Origin: Candidatus Dormiibacterota bacterium
Lineage (GTDB): Bacteria > Chloroflexota > Dormibacteria > Aeolococcales > Aeolococcaceae
Assembly: GCA_963709585.1 (NCBI GenBank)
Contig: CAVPXI010000006.1
Location: forward strand, 128,001 to 192,000
Direction of reading: 5' to 3'
Length of the DNA: 64,000 bases
The translations under genes were made by a program, and so were the position numbers. Shown piece by piece: positions 49,332 to 60,153 of the stretch. How positions within the stretch are numbered: the first letter of the stretch is position 1; every line of letters begins with the position of its first letter. The notes below the pieces were generated by a model, which worked only from the letters and a program-made list of their open reading frames with translations, did no database searches and was not told the origin of the DNA.

Positions 49332-49790
49332 ATGCCTGTCCGAGAGATCGTCGGCAAGACGGTGGGCTTCGGCCTCGTGGCCGCCGCGCTGATCGTCGGC
49401 GGGATCCTGGACCTGCTCGGCGGCCATGTCTACAACGATTATCTGAACACCGCGCTCGGGATCATCCTGATCGCCATGGGGCTGGCCACGGGCGGTCTTG
49501 GCACCTTCCTGATCGCCGGCATCCTCTATGAGGACAAGCTGCGCAGACAGGACGAGGCGGTCCACATCACGCCGCGCGGGACGCCGCCCGCGCCGCCACC
49601 GCCGTGGGGAATGGCCGACGTCGGCAAACCACCTGGGGTGGTCCGTGTTGGTGATGCCGCCACGTCGTCAGGTGGCGGAGGAGCTCCACGAGTGATGGCA
49701 GTTGCGGTCTCGAACCTCGACGCGCCGATGCTCATCGTGGGGCTGCTGGCGTGGACGATCCTGACTCTGGTGCTGTTCGCGCCGCGCTGA
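49332..49790 (+). CDS. Hypothetical membrane protein
   Basis: MPVREIVGK..., three TM segments. Confidence 0.65.
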   Translation: MPVREIVGKTVGFGLVAAALIVGGILDLLGGHVYNDYLNTALGIILIAMGLATGGLGTFLIAGILYEDKLRRQDEAVHITPRGTPPAPPPPWGMADVGKPPGVVRVGDAATSSGGGGAPRVMAVAVSNLDAPMLIVGLLAWTILTLVLFAPR

Positions 49791-49800
49791 GCTCGCCCTA

Positions 49801-51234
49801 GTGCCCGATGCGCGGGTCCGCACCCGCTTTGCGCCCTCGCCCACCGGCGCGCTGCATTTCGGCTCGGTTCGCACGGCCCTGTTCGCTTGGCTCGCCGCCC
49901 GGCATGCAGGCGGCGATTTCATCCTCCGGATCGAGGACACCGACCAGGAGCGCTACATCCCCGGCACCGAGGCGCTGATCCTCGAGACCCTGAGCTGGCT
50001 CGGGCTCGACTGGGATGAAGGCCCCGAAGTCGGCGGCCCGTATGCGCCGTACATCCAGTCGCTGCGCATCGCCGCCTATCGCGAGCATGCGGACCGGCTC
50101 GTCGCCGGCGGCAAGGCCTACTGGTGCACGTGCACGCCCGCACGCCTCGCCGCGATGCGCGACGCGCAGCGTGCCCGGTCGGAGCCGACGCGCTACGACC
50201 GTCGGTGTCTCGCGCGGCAGGCTGAGGTTGCCGTGGAGCGCGCCGCCGGCATGCCCGCGGTGGTCCGGCTGCGGATGCCCGACGGCGTCACCGAATGGGA
50301 CGACATCGTTCGTGGCCATGTGAGCTTCGCCAACGCGGACATCGATGACCAAGTCCTGCTCAAGTCCGACGGCTTTCCCACCTATCACCTCGCCGTGGTT
50401 GTCGACGACCACGACATGGAGATCAGCGACGTGATCCGCTCCGACGAGTGGATCCCGTCGACGCCCAAGCACCTAGCGCTGTACGCGGCGTTCGAGTGGG
50501 ATGCTCCGCGCTTCGCGCACGTTCCGGCAGTGCTCGGCCCGGACCACCAGAAGCTCAGCAAGCGTCGCGGCGCTCGCAACGTCCTCGAATACGGCGAGCT
50601 TGGCTATCTCCCCTCGGCCATCGTCAATGCCATAGCGCTTCTCGGGTGGTCATCGGGCGACGAGCAGGAGGTATTCACCCTCGACGAGCTGCGCGAGCGG
50701 TTCACGCTCGAGCGCGTCAACGCCGCGGCGGCCGTGTTCGACCCGAAGCGGCTCGACGATCTCAACGGCATTCACATCCGGCGCATGACCACCGACGAGC
50801 TGGTCGAGGCACTCGAATATCACCTGCCCGGCACCAGCAAGGAGACGCGCCGGTCGCTGATACCGATGCTCCGCGAGCGGATGGTGACCCTTGCGGACGC
50901 AACTCGCCTCTGCGCGCCGCTGCTCGGGGAGGTCGCGCTCGACCCAGACGTCGAGTTCCCGCCGAAGAAGGTCGATCAGGCAACCGCGGTCGCGATGATC
51001 GACGCCTGCATCGCCGCGGTGAACGACGGAGGTCTCGAGAACCACGACGCGATGCTCGAGCGGATTCGCACCGTGGCCGACGGTGCCGGCGTGAAGTCGC
51101 GGGACGCCTTCCGCGTCCTCTACGTCGCCATTCTCGGTGCGCCCGCCGGACTGCCGGTGATCGAGGCTATGGCGTTTCTGGGCAAGGACAGATCGCTGCA
51201 GCGACTCCGCGAGGCTCGCGCCCGGCTCGGCTGA
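49801..51234 (+). CDS. gltX: Glutamate--tRNA ligase
   Basis: RFAPSPTG, RIEDTD, PTYHLAVVVDD, KLSKR, C-terminal anticodon-binding region. Confidence 0.95.
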   Translation: MPDARVRTRFAPSPTGALHFGSVRTALFAWLAARHAGGDFILRIEDTDQERYIPGTEALILETLSWLGLDWDEGPEVGGPYAPYIQSLRIAAYREHADRLVAGGKAYWCTCTPARLAAMRDAQRARSEPTRYDRRCLARQAEVAVERAAGMPAVVRLRMPDGVTEWDDIVRGHVSFANADIDDQVLLKSDGFPTYHLAVVVDDHDMEISDVIRSDEWIPSTPKHLALYAAFEWDAPRFAHVPAVLGPDHQKLSKRRGARNVLEYGELGYLPSAIVNAIALLGWSSGDEQEVFTLDELRERFTLERVNAAAAVFDPKRLDDLNGIHIRRMTTDELVEALEYHLPGTSKETRRSLIPMLRERMVTLADATRLCAPLLGEVALDPDVEFPPKKVDQATAVAMIDACIAAVNDGGLENHDAMLERIRTVADGAGVKSRDAFRVLYVAILGAPAGLPVIEAMAFLGKDRSLQRLREARARLG

Positions 51235-51247
51235 CTCGCTCGGCGGA

Positions 51248-51768
51248 TCAGAGACCGCCGCCGTCGATGCTCGACCCCACGCGGTGCTCTTCGGTTTTGG
51301 GATGGCGACTCCGGGCGGCTCGATGCGCTGTGGGCGCATGGGCGTGAGGATCGCGGCGGGATCGCGCTGCCGGGGCAGCAGGACCGTGCGCCTGGCGTCG
51401 AGGCGCTGAAGGGACGGGGGCTGAGGGTGCAGGAGCTGAGGGCGCAGGAGCTGAGGGCGCAGGAGTGGACGGTTCCGGCGCCGCCGGCCCGGTGCCGTGG
51501 GCCCCGGTTCGGCATGGCCGTGATGGTGCGCGGACGAGCTGATCCGAGCGGCAAGGCGTTCCGCCAGGAGCACGGCCGCACGATCCAGGCCGGTTGCGTG
51601 GCCCGCCACCGCGACGGCGATCACGATCGCGCTCACCGGCCAGAGCGCCGAGAGCAACGAGAGCCCGGAGAGCACACCGAAGGCGGCAAGAATCGGATGG
51701 CGGCGAACGTAGGAAGGCGGAGCGGCAGCCGGCGCCGGGGTTGAGGAACGGTCGTCTGTAATGGTCAT
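51248..51768 (-). CDS. Hypothetical membrane protein with APAPS repeats (probable frameshift near 51490)
   Basis: Two N-terminal TMs; 15-bp repeat CTGAGGGCGCAGGAG x3 at about 51421-51465. Confidence 0.5.
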
Positions 51769-51983
51769 GTCACGAGGCTACGTGGCGGCGCAGGACAGCT
51801 CGCGGACCAACATCAATTCAGGTCTGACGGTCCCGTTCCGGGGTCGTTACCACGCTGTGACGCTCTCGTGGACAGAGTGAGCGCGATGTCGCGACACAAT
51901 CGAGCTGCCGGTCGTGGGGGCTGACGTCGATGTGACAGGAGGTCATTGCCAGTGTTCAGGGGACAGCCGCTTCGTGACGTGAC

Positions 51984-53837
51984 ATGAGTGAGATGACGGT
52001 GGCGCGTCCGCCGGTTCTCATGACACGAGCACGCGCCCAGATCGACCGGTGGAGCGGTCCCCAGCGGCTCTTCGTCTTCTCGGTCTGTCTCGGCCTCGTC
52101 GGCGCGGCGCTGTGGTTGCTGCCTCTCCGCGACGTCCAGCGTGTGACGATCATCGGCGCGATCCCGTGGTGGGCCGAGCTGGCCACCTGCTACGTCACCA
52201 GCCTGCTGTTTGTCCAGGTGCACGTGCATCGAGAGGTGTCCACGCTCTCGCTGACAGAGATCCCGGTCGCGATGGGACTGTTCCTCATCGATCCCCATCA
52301 GCTGCTCGGCTGCTACGTGGTGGGCGTGCTGCTCGCGAGCTGGACGCGGCAGCGGCGGATCCGCTGGGTCAAGGATTTCGCCAACGCGACACTCGACGTT
52401 GTCTACATCGGGGTCGCCGTGCTCGTCTTCAATGCGGTGGGGCCGGTTCCGGGCGATCCGCTCGCGGTGCACAGCATCGTCGCGTTCGCGGCGGCGATGA
52501 TTGTGGCCGGCTGGCTCGTCTACCCCATCGCCCTCAACGCGGGCACCACGATCGCCCAGGGCCGGCTCAATGTTGGTGAAGTGGTGCGCGCGTACCTCTT
52601 CCAGGTCATCGCGACCACGTCGAATGCTTCGCTCGGGATCGTGGCGCTGATGATCCTGACGACGCGCCCAGTGCTCGCATTCGCCCTGGTGGCACCGGTG
52701 ATGCTCGTGCTCGCCGGACAGATCGCCGCGGGCGAGAGCCAGCGTCGTGCCGATCGCAATGAGTTCCTCTACCGCACCACCGAGATCCTGCACTCGACGC
52801 GTCAGGTCGGCGAGCGTGCCGGCGAGCTGTTGAACGGCATCACCAAGATGTTCGGCGTCGAGCGAGCCGAGCTCGTGGTCATCCCCGAGGTGCGCGGACC
52901 GGCGGTCCGTTTCAACTCCACCGGAGATGACGACCACGCGCGGGCCACCACATCCGATCTGACCTTCGCGGAGCAGGAGGTGCTCAACGAGTTGCGCACC
53001 ACGGCGATCCTCAGCGGCCCGGTGACCAGCGATCAGTCGCTCGGCCTTGCGCTTGCGGAACGCTCCGCGAGCGCCGGGACCGTGGTCGTGCTCCGCGGAC
53101 TCGAGGGCCCGCAGGGGATGCTGCTGCTGCTCAATCCGAGACGTGGCGTCACGCTCGGAGCCCACGAGCAGAGCCTGCTCAGCACCGTTGCCGGACTCAT
53201 CAGCGTGGCGCTCGAAAACGGACAGCTCGCCGAGGCCATCAAGGCGATGTCGGTCGAAAAGGCGGAGCTGGCACGCAGGGCGTTCTACGACCCGCTGACG
53301 CAGATCGCGAACCGGTCGCTGTTCATCGAGACGGTCACCACCTCGCTGGCGCAGCTGGCCAGCTCGCAGCGTCCGATTGCCGTGATGTTCATCGACCTCG
53401 ACGGTTTCAAGGAGATCAACGACACCTTCGGGCATGCCGTGGGCGATCGCGTGCTCAGCGCGGTGGCCGCGCGCCTGCGCGTACAGGTCCGCAAACTCGA
53501 CATGGCGGCGCGCATCGGCGGTGATGAGTTCGGCATGCTCCTCGACGGCATGCGCCACTTCAGCGACGCGGCCGTGGTCGCGGAGCGGATCATCGAAACG
53601 CTGCGGCGGCCGATCCCGATCGGCGATGCGATGGTGACCATCGGGGCGAGCGTCGGTGTCGCGGTCGTGGAGGATGCCGCGGATGTGCTCGATCCCGAAG
53701 AGCTGATGCGCCGCGCGGACATGGCGATGTACCTCGCCAAGCGACAGGGCAAGGATCGCTTCGTCGTGTTCGACGAAACGGCTCGGACCCCGGTGATCGC
53801 GAGAGTCCCCGAGCCGGCGCGGCTGGCCACGGGCTGA
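51984..53837 (+). CDS. Membrane-bound diguanylate cyclase (TM sensor + GAF-like + GGDEF)
   Basis: DPLTQIANR, DLDGFKEINDTFGH, RIGGDEF, ADMAMYLAK. Confidence 0.92.
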   Translation: MSEMTVARPPVLMTRARAQIDRWSGPQRLFVFSVCLGLVGAALWLLPLRDVQRVTIIGAIPWWAELATCYVTSLLFVQVHVHREVSTLSLTEIPVAMGLFLIDPHQLLGCYVVGVLLASWTRQRRIRWVKDFANATLDVVYIGVAVLVFNAVGPVPGDPLAVHSIVAFAAAMIVAGWLVYPIALNAGTTIAQGRLNVGEVVRAYLFQVIATTSNASLGIVALMILTTRPVLAFALVAPVMLVLAGQIAAGESQRRADRNEFLYRTTEILHSTRQVGERAGELLNGITKMFGVERAELVVIPEVRGPAVRFNSTGDDDHARATTSDLTFAEQEVLNELRTTAILSGPVTSDQSLGLALAERSASAGTVVVLRGLEGPQGMLLLLNPRRGVTLGAHEQSLLSTVAGLISVALENGQLAEAIKAMSVEKAELARRAFYDPLTQIANRSLFIETVTTSLAQLASSQRPIAVMFIDLDGFKEINDTFGHAVGDRVLSAVAARLRVQVRKLDMAARIGGDEFGMLLDGMRHFSDAAVVAERIIETLRRPIPIGDAMVTIGASVGVAVVEDAADVLDPEELMRRADMAMYLAKRQGKDRFVVFDETARTPVIARVPEPARLATG

Positions 53838-53868
53838 GGCACAGGCCGGCTGCATCTACGATGGGCGG

Positions 53869-54663
53869 GTGACACCTCCACGCTGCCTGTCCATCGCCAC
53901 ATCGGATTCCGGTGGTGGCGCGGGGATTCAGGCGGACCTGAAAGCGTTCGCCGCCGCCGGCTGCCACGGGATGACCGCGATCGTCGGGGTCACGGCGCAG
54001 AACACCACGGCGGTCCTAGCGACGTACGCGCTGCCCGCGTGGGTCATCACCGCGCAACTCCAGGCCGTGTACGACGACATCGGTGTCGATGCGGCCAAGA
54101 CCGGCGCCCTGCTGTCGGCTGAGGTGATCGTCGCGGTCGCGGACTTTCTCGGGCGCCACCCCACAACGCTGGTCGTCGATCCAGTCCTCCGCGCCAGCAC
54201 CGGGGCGGCCTTGCTGGACCCCGAGGCGTTCGAGGTGCTGATCGGATCCCTGCTGCCGCTGGCGACGGTCGTGACTCCGAACCTCGTCGAGGCGCGTGCC
54301 CTCGCCGGCGCCGACGGCGATCGCCGGACGCTCGCCGAGCGGATCGTCGCTCGCGGAGCGCGCGCCGTGCTCATCACCGGTGGCGAGGGTGAGGGCTCAG
54401 ACCTGCTCTTCGACGGCGCCGAGCACCTCGAGATCCCCGTCGCGTGGGTGGCGGGGACGGCGACCCACGGGACCGGGTGCACGCACTCGGCGACGCTCGC
54501 CGCGGAGCTCGCCCTCGGCACACCGCTGGCCGACGCCGCCCGTAGCGCCGCCGCGGTCACCGCTGCGGCGATCGCTCAGGGGCTGGTGGGGATCGGTGCG
54601 GGCCGTGGACCGGTCGCCGTCGCTCAGGCCTCGGGGACCAGCCAGCGGGTGCGGACGAGGTAG
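53869..54663 (+). CDS. thiD: Hydroxymethylpyrimidine/phosphomethylpyrimidine kinase
   Basis: SDSGGGAGIQADLK, TAQNT, VTPN, HGTGC. Confidence 0.93.
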   Translation: MTPPRCLSIATSDSGGGAGIQADLKAFAAAGCHGMTAIVGVTAQNTTAVLATYALPAWVITAQLQAVYDDIGVDAAKTGALLSAEVIVAVADFLGRHPTTLVVDPVLRASTGAALLDPEAFEVLIGSLLPLATVVTPNLVEARALAGADGDRRTLAERIVARGARAVLITGGEGEGSDLLFDGAEHLEIPVAWVAGTATHGTGCTHSATLAAELALGTPLADAARSAAAVTAAAIAQGLVGIGAGRGPVAVAQASGTSQRVRTR

Positions 54664-55346
54664 ACGAGCAGGCCGATTCCGACCAGGTCGACGAGGAGCA
54701 GGATGGGTCCGAGATTCAGCCCGTTACCGAACGCAAGGCCGTTCAGCGGCGTGAGGGCTTCGACGGGGGGGATCCGGGCCGCGTCGAGACCCTGACCCGA
54801 GTTGACTGCGGCCACCGCGTTCGCAAGCGGCGCGAACGGCGGCGGATCATCCGATGTCTGGGTATGGATTGCGCCGGTGGCGCCCGACGGGCCGGTGGCG
54901 CCGGTTGCATTCCCGCCGCTCGGGTGGCTGCCCGCTGAACCGCCAGAGGACGCGACCGGCGGTGAAGTCGGGGTGCTCGTCGGCCCTGGGGTTCCGGCCG
55001 GGGTCGGCATAGGCGTGGGCTTGGGCGCGGGCGCGGGCGGGGGTTTCGAGCCGCCGCCACCACCGTTGTTGCTACTGCTGGGCGGGCCCGACGACGGATT
55101 CGAAGCGGTGCACCACTTAGTCGGTTTGGGGCAGCAGGTCGCACTCGTGGTGAAGTAGACGCATGGCGTCGGTGATGGCGGCGTCGCCTTGAGGGTTCCC
55201 GTGACTAGGGGAGCCGGGTTGCCGGCCGCAGCCGCACCCGAAACCCCTGCAAGCACGAGCGCGAAAACGCCCGGAAGCAGCGCCATCGCCGCCCGGCCCC
55301 TCGGGCGCGGTGGTCGTGTCAGCTTGCTCAGTACGTTTGCATCCAT
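54624..55346 (-). CDS. Pro/Ser/Thr-rich surface protein with signal peptide and C-terminal TM anchor
   Basis: Signal peptide, short Cys cluster, low-complexity linker, terminal TM plus RTR. Confidence 0.7.
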   Translation of the reverse strand: MDANVLSKLTRPPRPRGRAAMALLPGVFALVLAGVSGAAAAGNPAPLVTGTLKATPPSPTPCVYFTTSATCCPKPTKWCTASNPSSGPPSSSNNGGGGGSKPPPAPAPKPTPMPTPAGTPGPTSTPTSPPVASSGGSAGSHPSGGNATGATGPSGATGAIHTQTSDDPPPFAPLANAVAAVNSGQGLDAARIPPVEALTPLNGLAFGNGLNLGPILLLVDLVGIGLLVYLVRTRWLVPEA

Positions 55347-55472
55347 TGACGTGCTCCAACAGTGGTCTTAATACCTCCCATCCGAGATGGGAGTCGGCGT
55401 GTCGTCACGGTGCCGCGAGGCCCCGTTCACAGCGTTCACATCGGAGCGGGGCATCCGCATACGATTCGGCCG

Positions 55473-56216
55473 GTGTGCACGATCCTGCTGGCCTGGCGAT
55501 GCCTCCCCGGCGCGCCGGTCGTGCTCGCGGCGAATCGAGATGAGCTGATCGCCCGTCCGAGCGCGCCCCCCGGGATCCTGCAGGCGAGCCCGCTGATCCT
55601 CGGCGGCCGGGACCTGGTCGCCGGAGGCACCTGGCTCGCGGTGGCCGAGGACGGCAGGATCTGCGCCGTCACCAACCGGCACCCTGGCGACGGGCCGCCG
55701 GTCGCGCCCGACCCGTCGCGACGGTCGCGGGGAGAGATCCCGGTCATGCTGCTCACCGCCGATCCTGCCGACATCCCGGCTCGCCTCGCCGGCCTCGGGC
55801 CGGGGGTCTACAACCCGGTCAACGTGCTCTGGCTGGATGCGGATCGCGCGCTGGTCGCCCATGTCGACGACTCGGGGCCGGTGCGGGTCGTCGACCTCGC
55901 CCCAGGCCCGCACGTGCTCACCACCCGCGATGTCGACGACGCGACCGATCCCAAGGTCGCGATGCTGTCCGCTGGAGTGGATCGCGCGCTGGCTGCAGGC
56001 GGCGATGCTGACGGCATCTTGAAGGGGTTGCGCGCGATCCTCGCCGACCACACGTCGGCGACCGATTCGCCGGTCGATGCGGCGTGCATCCACGGCGATG
56101 TCTACGGGACGGTGTCGGCGTCGACGGTGATTGCCGGAGCCAACCGCATCACCTATGAGCACGCACCGGGTCGTCCCTGCGTCACACCCTTTGCGACGGT
56201 GACGGCGCCCTTCTAG
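55473..56216 (+). CDS. NRDE/TANGO2 family protein
   Basis: MCTI, AANRDE..RP, GRDLVAGGTWL, SRG, YGTVS. Confidence 0.92.
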   Translation: MCTILLAWRCLPGAPVVLAANRDELIARPSAPPGILQASPLILGGRDLVAGGTWLAVAEDGRICAVTNRHPGDGPPVAPDPSRRSRGEIPVMLLTADPADIPARLAGLGPGVYNPVNVLWLDADRALVAHVDDSGPVRVVDLAPGPHVLTTRDVDDATDPKVAMLSAGVDRALAAGGDADGILKGLRAILADHTSATDSPVDAACIHGDVYGTVSASTVIAGANRITYEHAPGRPCVTPFATVTAPF

Positions 56217-57873
56217 TGACTGCCGTGGGACGCGAGGATCGTCTTGATGAGCAAGCTGACCATCGCGATGATCGCGTAGCCGCGCACCGTCCAGAGTGCA
56301 ATCAGGCGACCGCGCGACTTGACGGGTTGGGTGAGCAGGGCGAGTGATGGCATCCGCCAGGTCTCACGGTCCTCGAGCATTCGCGGATCCGGCGGCATCG
56401 CTCGCCGAGCTCGAAGGTTGATGGCGATGGCGATCACCAGTCCGACCACCATGAGGGCCGCGAGCACCAGGAACAGTCGCGCGACGTCGATGTTCGGGAG
56501 GATCGTCGATACCACGAGGATGACCGAGAGGATCAGGAGCACGCCCAGGATCAGCGAGGCGAGCAGGTTGAACCACGTCTTGTTGACCCAGGGACCGAGC
56601 ACGTCTCGGTCGTTGCACAGGAACAGAAGGAAGAGGCACGCGCTCGGAAGCATGACGCCCGCCAGAGCCTGCACCGCGGTGGTGACCAGACCGAGCGGCA
56701 CACCGGGGAGGAGGACGAACACAGCCGCCAGCACCACGAGCCCGTGAACATCGCGTAGAACAGCCTGGCTTCGCGCCACGACCTGTGCAGCGAATTGCGG
56801 ATCCCGAAGGTGTCGCCGAACGCGTACGACGTCGAGAGCGTCACAGCGCTCGCACCGACGATCGACGCGTCGATCAGCAGGATCGAGAAGATCGCGCCCA
56901 CCGCCGGGCCCACATGATCCTTGAGGCTCCTGGCGAGTTCGTATGCGTTGCTGAAGGCATTGACATTCCCAGCCCCCATACCGCTGCGACTGAACGCGAA
57001 CGCGGTGGCGATCATGATCGCGGACGCGCCGATGACGACGACCAGCGCGCCGATCACTGTGTCTGCACGCTCGTACGGAATCCATCGTGGTGTGATGCGC
57101 TTGTCGACGACGTTCGATTGCTGGAAGAACAGCTGCCACGGCGTGATCGTGGTTCCCACGATGGCGACGATGAGGAGCACGCCATCGGATTTGAAGCCAC
57201 CCTGCACACCGGGGACGATGAAGTGCTGCACGACCGGACCCAGCGTCGGATGACAGAGCAGCATCAACGGGATGCACAGCAGGTTGCCGAAGAGGATCAC
57301 GAACATCAGCCGTTCCCACGTCTCGAAGCGTCCGGTGACCGTGATGCCGACAAGGAGCAGGCCGGCGAGCGGGACCGCGACCCAGGCGGGAACCCCGAAG
57401 TACTGAGCGCCCAGCGATATGCCGATGAACTCCGTGGCGATCGTGAGGAAGTTGAGCACGAAGAGATCGCTAACGGCGAAGCGACCCCAGATCTTGCCGA
57501 AACGCTCGAAGATGAGCCGGCCATGCCCGACGCCGGAGACAGCACCGAGGCGAACCACCATCTCCTGGTTGACGACGAGCACCGGGATGAGCAGCAGCAA
57601 CGTCCAGAGTAGGCTCGTGCCGTAGTCCTGTCCGGCTGCCGCGTACGTCGAAACGCCGCCTGCGTCGTTGTCCCCGACCATCACGATGAGACCGGGACCG
57701 ACGATCACGGCGAGCGCGAGGAGCCTGCGACGCCACGAGCGCGCACCGGACGGGTCGTGCTCTCCGATGGTCCCGAAGGCGCCGCGGATGTCGCCGTGAT
57801 GTGCGTCGTCCAGTATCACCTTCGGACGGCGCGCCACCTTGGCGGCCGCCTTGCGAGCCTTCTCCTGCGCCAA
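56213..57873 (-). CDS. NRAMP-family divalent metal transporter (Mg-type subgroup; frameshift near 56742)
   Basis: GPGLIVMVGDNDAGG, QEMVVRLG, GTTITPWQLFFQQS. Confidence 0.9.
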
Positions 57874-57879
57874 TTCGGA

Positions 57880-58020
57880 CCTCCCACCGTCGATGACGGC
57901 AAGACTGAGCGGGCCTGTCCGCTCAGGAGGTCACGAGTGCTTCGCTACCTCGACGCGGGCCGGCCCGTGCGTTGCCGGGACTGGGGACTGTCGCCGCCGT
58001 CCATGTACTAGTGGATACAC
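57880..58020 (-). promoter_or_regulatory. Structured leader with a 19-aa uORF upstream of NRAMP
   Basis: uORF 58004..57945 MDGGDSPQSRQRTGRPASR*; hairpin CTGAGCGG-N6-CCGCTCAG (57905-57926); GCCGTC/GACGGT hairpin abutting the GGGAGG SD. Confidence 0.5.
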
Positions 58021-58081
58021 CCCAAAAATGTGGTTGCCGTGCCCGAAGTGTACAACCCGCGCATGACCCGAAGGCCAGGGG

Positions 58082-59350
58082 TCAGTCTCCGTCGGCCTCG
58101 GCGCGACGCCGCCACGCGTTGGGCAGCATCGCCCCGAGCACATCATCGACGGTGATGACGCCGATGACCCGATTGTCGTCGTCGAGCACGGCGACGACCG
58201 TGAGGTTGAAGTCGGCCATGCGTCGCGCCACCTCTGGGAAATCATCGTCGACGCTCACCGACGCATTGCTGTGCTCGACAAGCTCCGAGATCCGCATCGT
58301 GCCATCGGCGCGGAGTAACTCGATGAGCGCAACCGAACCTGCGAGGTGTCCGTCGTCGAGCAGGAAGACATCGGCGACGACCTGCGGCAGCACGTCGGCG
58401 GCGCGCACCGCCGCGAGCGCGTCCGACACGCTTGCATCGGGGGCGACCGACACGAAGTCGGGGCTCATCAGTCCGCCCGCGCTGCTCTGTCCATAGCTGA
58501 GCAGCGCGCGCACCTTCGCCTGCTGCGACGGCGGGAGCAGCGACAGGATCGGCGCACGTCGCGGCTGATCGAGCTCGGTGACCAGGTCGGCGGCGTCGTC
58601 GGGACCCATCTCCGCCAGCACCGCGGCCGCTTCCGCGTCGGACTTGTCGCGAAGAAACTCCACCTGGTGCTCGGTGTTGAGCTCCTCGAACACATCGGCC
58701 TCGAGTTCGGGATCGCCGTGCACGGCCGAGATGATCTCTTCACCCTCGTCATGGGACGCGGCTTCGACGAGGTCTGCGATCTGCGCGGGGTGCAGGCGGC
58801 GCAGACGCCGAAGTGGCATGAGCAACCGCGACGTGGGCACGTGGCCGACGAAGGGCTCGACCGCCGCCCAGTCGACGAATCCCTGATTCTCGACGCGACC
58901 ACCGAGGAACCGGGCGCGCAGACCACGGGCGCGGGTGTCGACGCCGGCGACCACCCATCTCGAGTTCTCGTAGCCGAGCTCGATGTCGTGGGCGACCACA
59001 AGCCGGCCGGCATCCACCGCGATCAGCCGGCGGCCGAGCACGTCGTCACCGAGCAGGACCTCGCCCTGGCGTCGCTCGAAGTGGGCAAGGTTGAGGTCTT
59101 CCCCCGCGAGCTGGACGCTGCCCGGTCGCATCGCGGCGATCCGGTCGCGAGGGATGAACAACTTGCGCCCCGCGATGCGCCCGACGAGACCGGTCACCGG
59201 CGGGTAGCCGCCCTCCGCGAATCGTGCGATGACGTCGTCCACCCGGCCGAGCCGGCCACCCGCTCGATCGACAAGTGGGCGGTGCAGGATTCCCGTAAGT
59301 GCCAGCCGGACCGTTTCGGTGGCTGGCTCCCCGGCGTCTGAGGTCGACAT
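58082..59350 (-). CDS. MgtE-like cytosolic protein (PRC barrels + MgtE_N + CBS pair, no TM domain)
   Basis: LHPAQIADLVE, MGPDDAADL, SAGGLMSPDF, GVITVDDV. Confidence 0.88.
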   Translation of the reverse strand: MSTSDAGEPATETVRLALTGILHRPLVDRAGGRLGRVDDVIARFAEGGYPPVTGLVGRIAGRKLFIPRDRIAAMRPGSVQLAGEDLNLAHFERRQGEVLLGDDVLGRRLIAVDAGRLVVAHDIELGYENSRWVVAGVDTRARGLRARFLGGRVENQGFVDWAAVEPFVGHVPTSRLLMPLRRLRRLHPAQIADLVEAASHDEGEEIISAVHGDPELEADVFEELNTEHQVEFLRDKSDAEAAAVLAEMGPDDAADLVTELDQPRRAPILSLLPPSQQAKVRALLSYGQSSAGGLMSPDFVSVAPDASVSDALAAVRAADVLPQVVADVFLLDDGHLAGSVALIELLRADGTMRISELVEHSNASVSVDDDFPEVARRMADFNLTVVAVLDDDNRVIGVITVDDVLGAMLPNAWRRRAEADGD

Positions 59351-59547
59351 ACCGCGCTCAGTCTGCCATGTCGCGAGCCGCCCCGTCTGTCCGCGCGATG
59401 TCCGGACCCGCCGACGATGCTTCCAGGGTGTCTGTGTCCGCCTGGCTGGCCCGCCACCCTGCCCCCGTCACCCCTACACTGGCTGAGGCCGCCCGCGGGC
59501 ACGGACCATTCCGTTCCCTCACGAGGCCTGGCCGGGAGGGATGTTTC

Positions 59548-60153
59548 GTGGGGGTGACCGACGCTCCGTGGACGCTGGGCGTGTGCGCCCCGGACCGCAG
59601 CCGCGCCATTCTCGTTGTGACCGTGGACGGCGAACTCGCCGTGGCGGTGCGCGACGTCGTGCCCCGAGGCATGGCCGTGGTTCGCGACGCTCGTGCCGAG
59701 GACGCCGGCGATATCGCCGCAGCCTGCCTGCCCTGGCCCTGGATGGTGATCGGCAACGCGGTCTCGCTGACACCCGCCCTGGCCACCGTCCTGCGCGAAC
59801 GGCCGGTGCTCACCTACTGGCTCGGCAGGGCGCCGGCCGGGCTGCCGGAACACGCGCGCTGCTTCGACCGGCCTGCCGTGCTGCTCGACGTCGTCCGAGG
59901 TGCGTTCGCCGCGAACGTCGGCGGGATGCACCTCGCGCCGGGAAGCGGTGTCGAGCTCGGCGACGGCACGCTGCTTCGCGGTGCGGCGCTCGAGTCGCTG
60001 GTAGCGGCGTACCCGGGCGGATTCGCCCTGCCCGCGCGCAACTTCCGGGCGGTCGCCGATGCGCTCGCCAGGCATGACGCCGGGTGGGCCACCGAGCGTG
60101 ACCACAACGATCGCATGACACTGGTCCCGTCGGCTGTTGCGGTGCGGCGGTGA
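59548..60153 (+). CDS. Hypothetical protein, pseudo-receiver-like
   Basis: AILVVTVDGELAVAVRD...PWMVIG; GTGA overlap with the response regulator. Confidence 0.55.
   Translation: MGVTDAPWTLGVCAPDRSRAILVVTVDGELAVAVRDVVPRGMAVVRDARAEDAGDIAAACLPWPWMVIGNAVSLTPALATVLRERPVLTYWLGRAPAGLPEHARCFDRPAVLLDVVRGAFAANVGGMHLAPGSGVELGDGTLLRGAALESLVAAYPGGFALPARNFRAVADALARHDAGWATERDHNDRMTLVPSAVAVRR

Noticed and set aside
49801-51234. Glutamyl-queuosine tRNA-Asp synthetase (HFGS motif, queF in the window)
   Set aside because: Full length of 477 aa with an anticodon-binding domain and a nearby tRNA-Glu indicate gltX.
51421-51465. Short tandem repeats here and at 7810-7930 and 39680-39760 as CRISPR arrays
   Set aside because: They have no spacers, are in-frame coding low-complexity repeats, and no cas genes are present.
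51770-51983. c-di-GMP riboswitch upstream of the GGDEF gene
   Set aside because: No class I or II consensus seen; only scattered GTGAC/GTCAC words.
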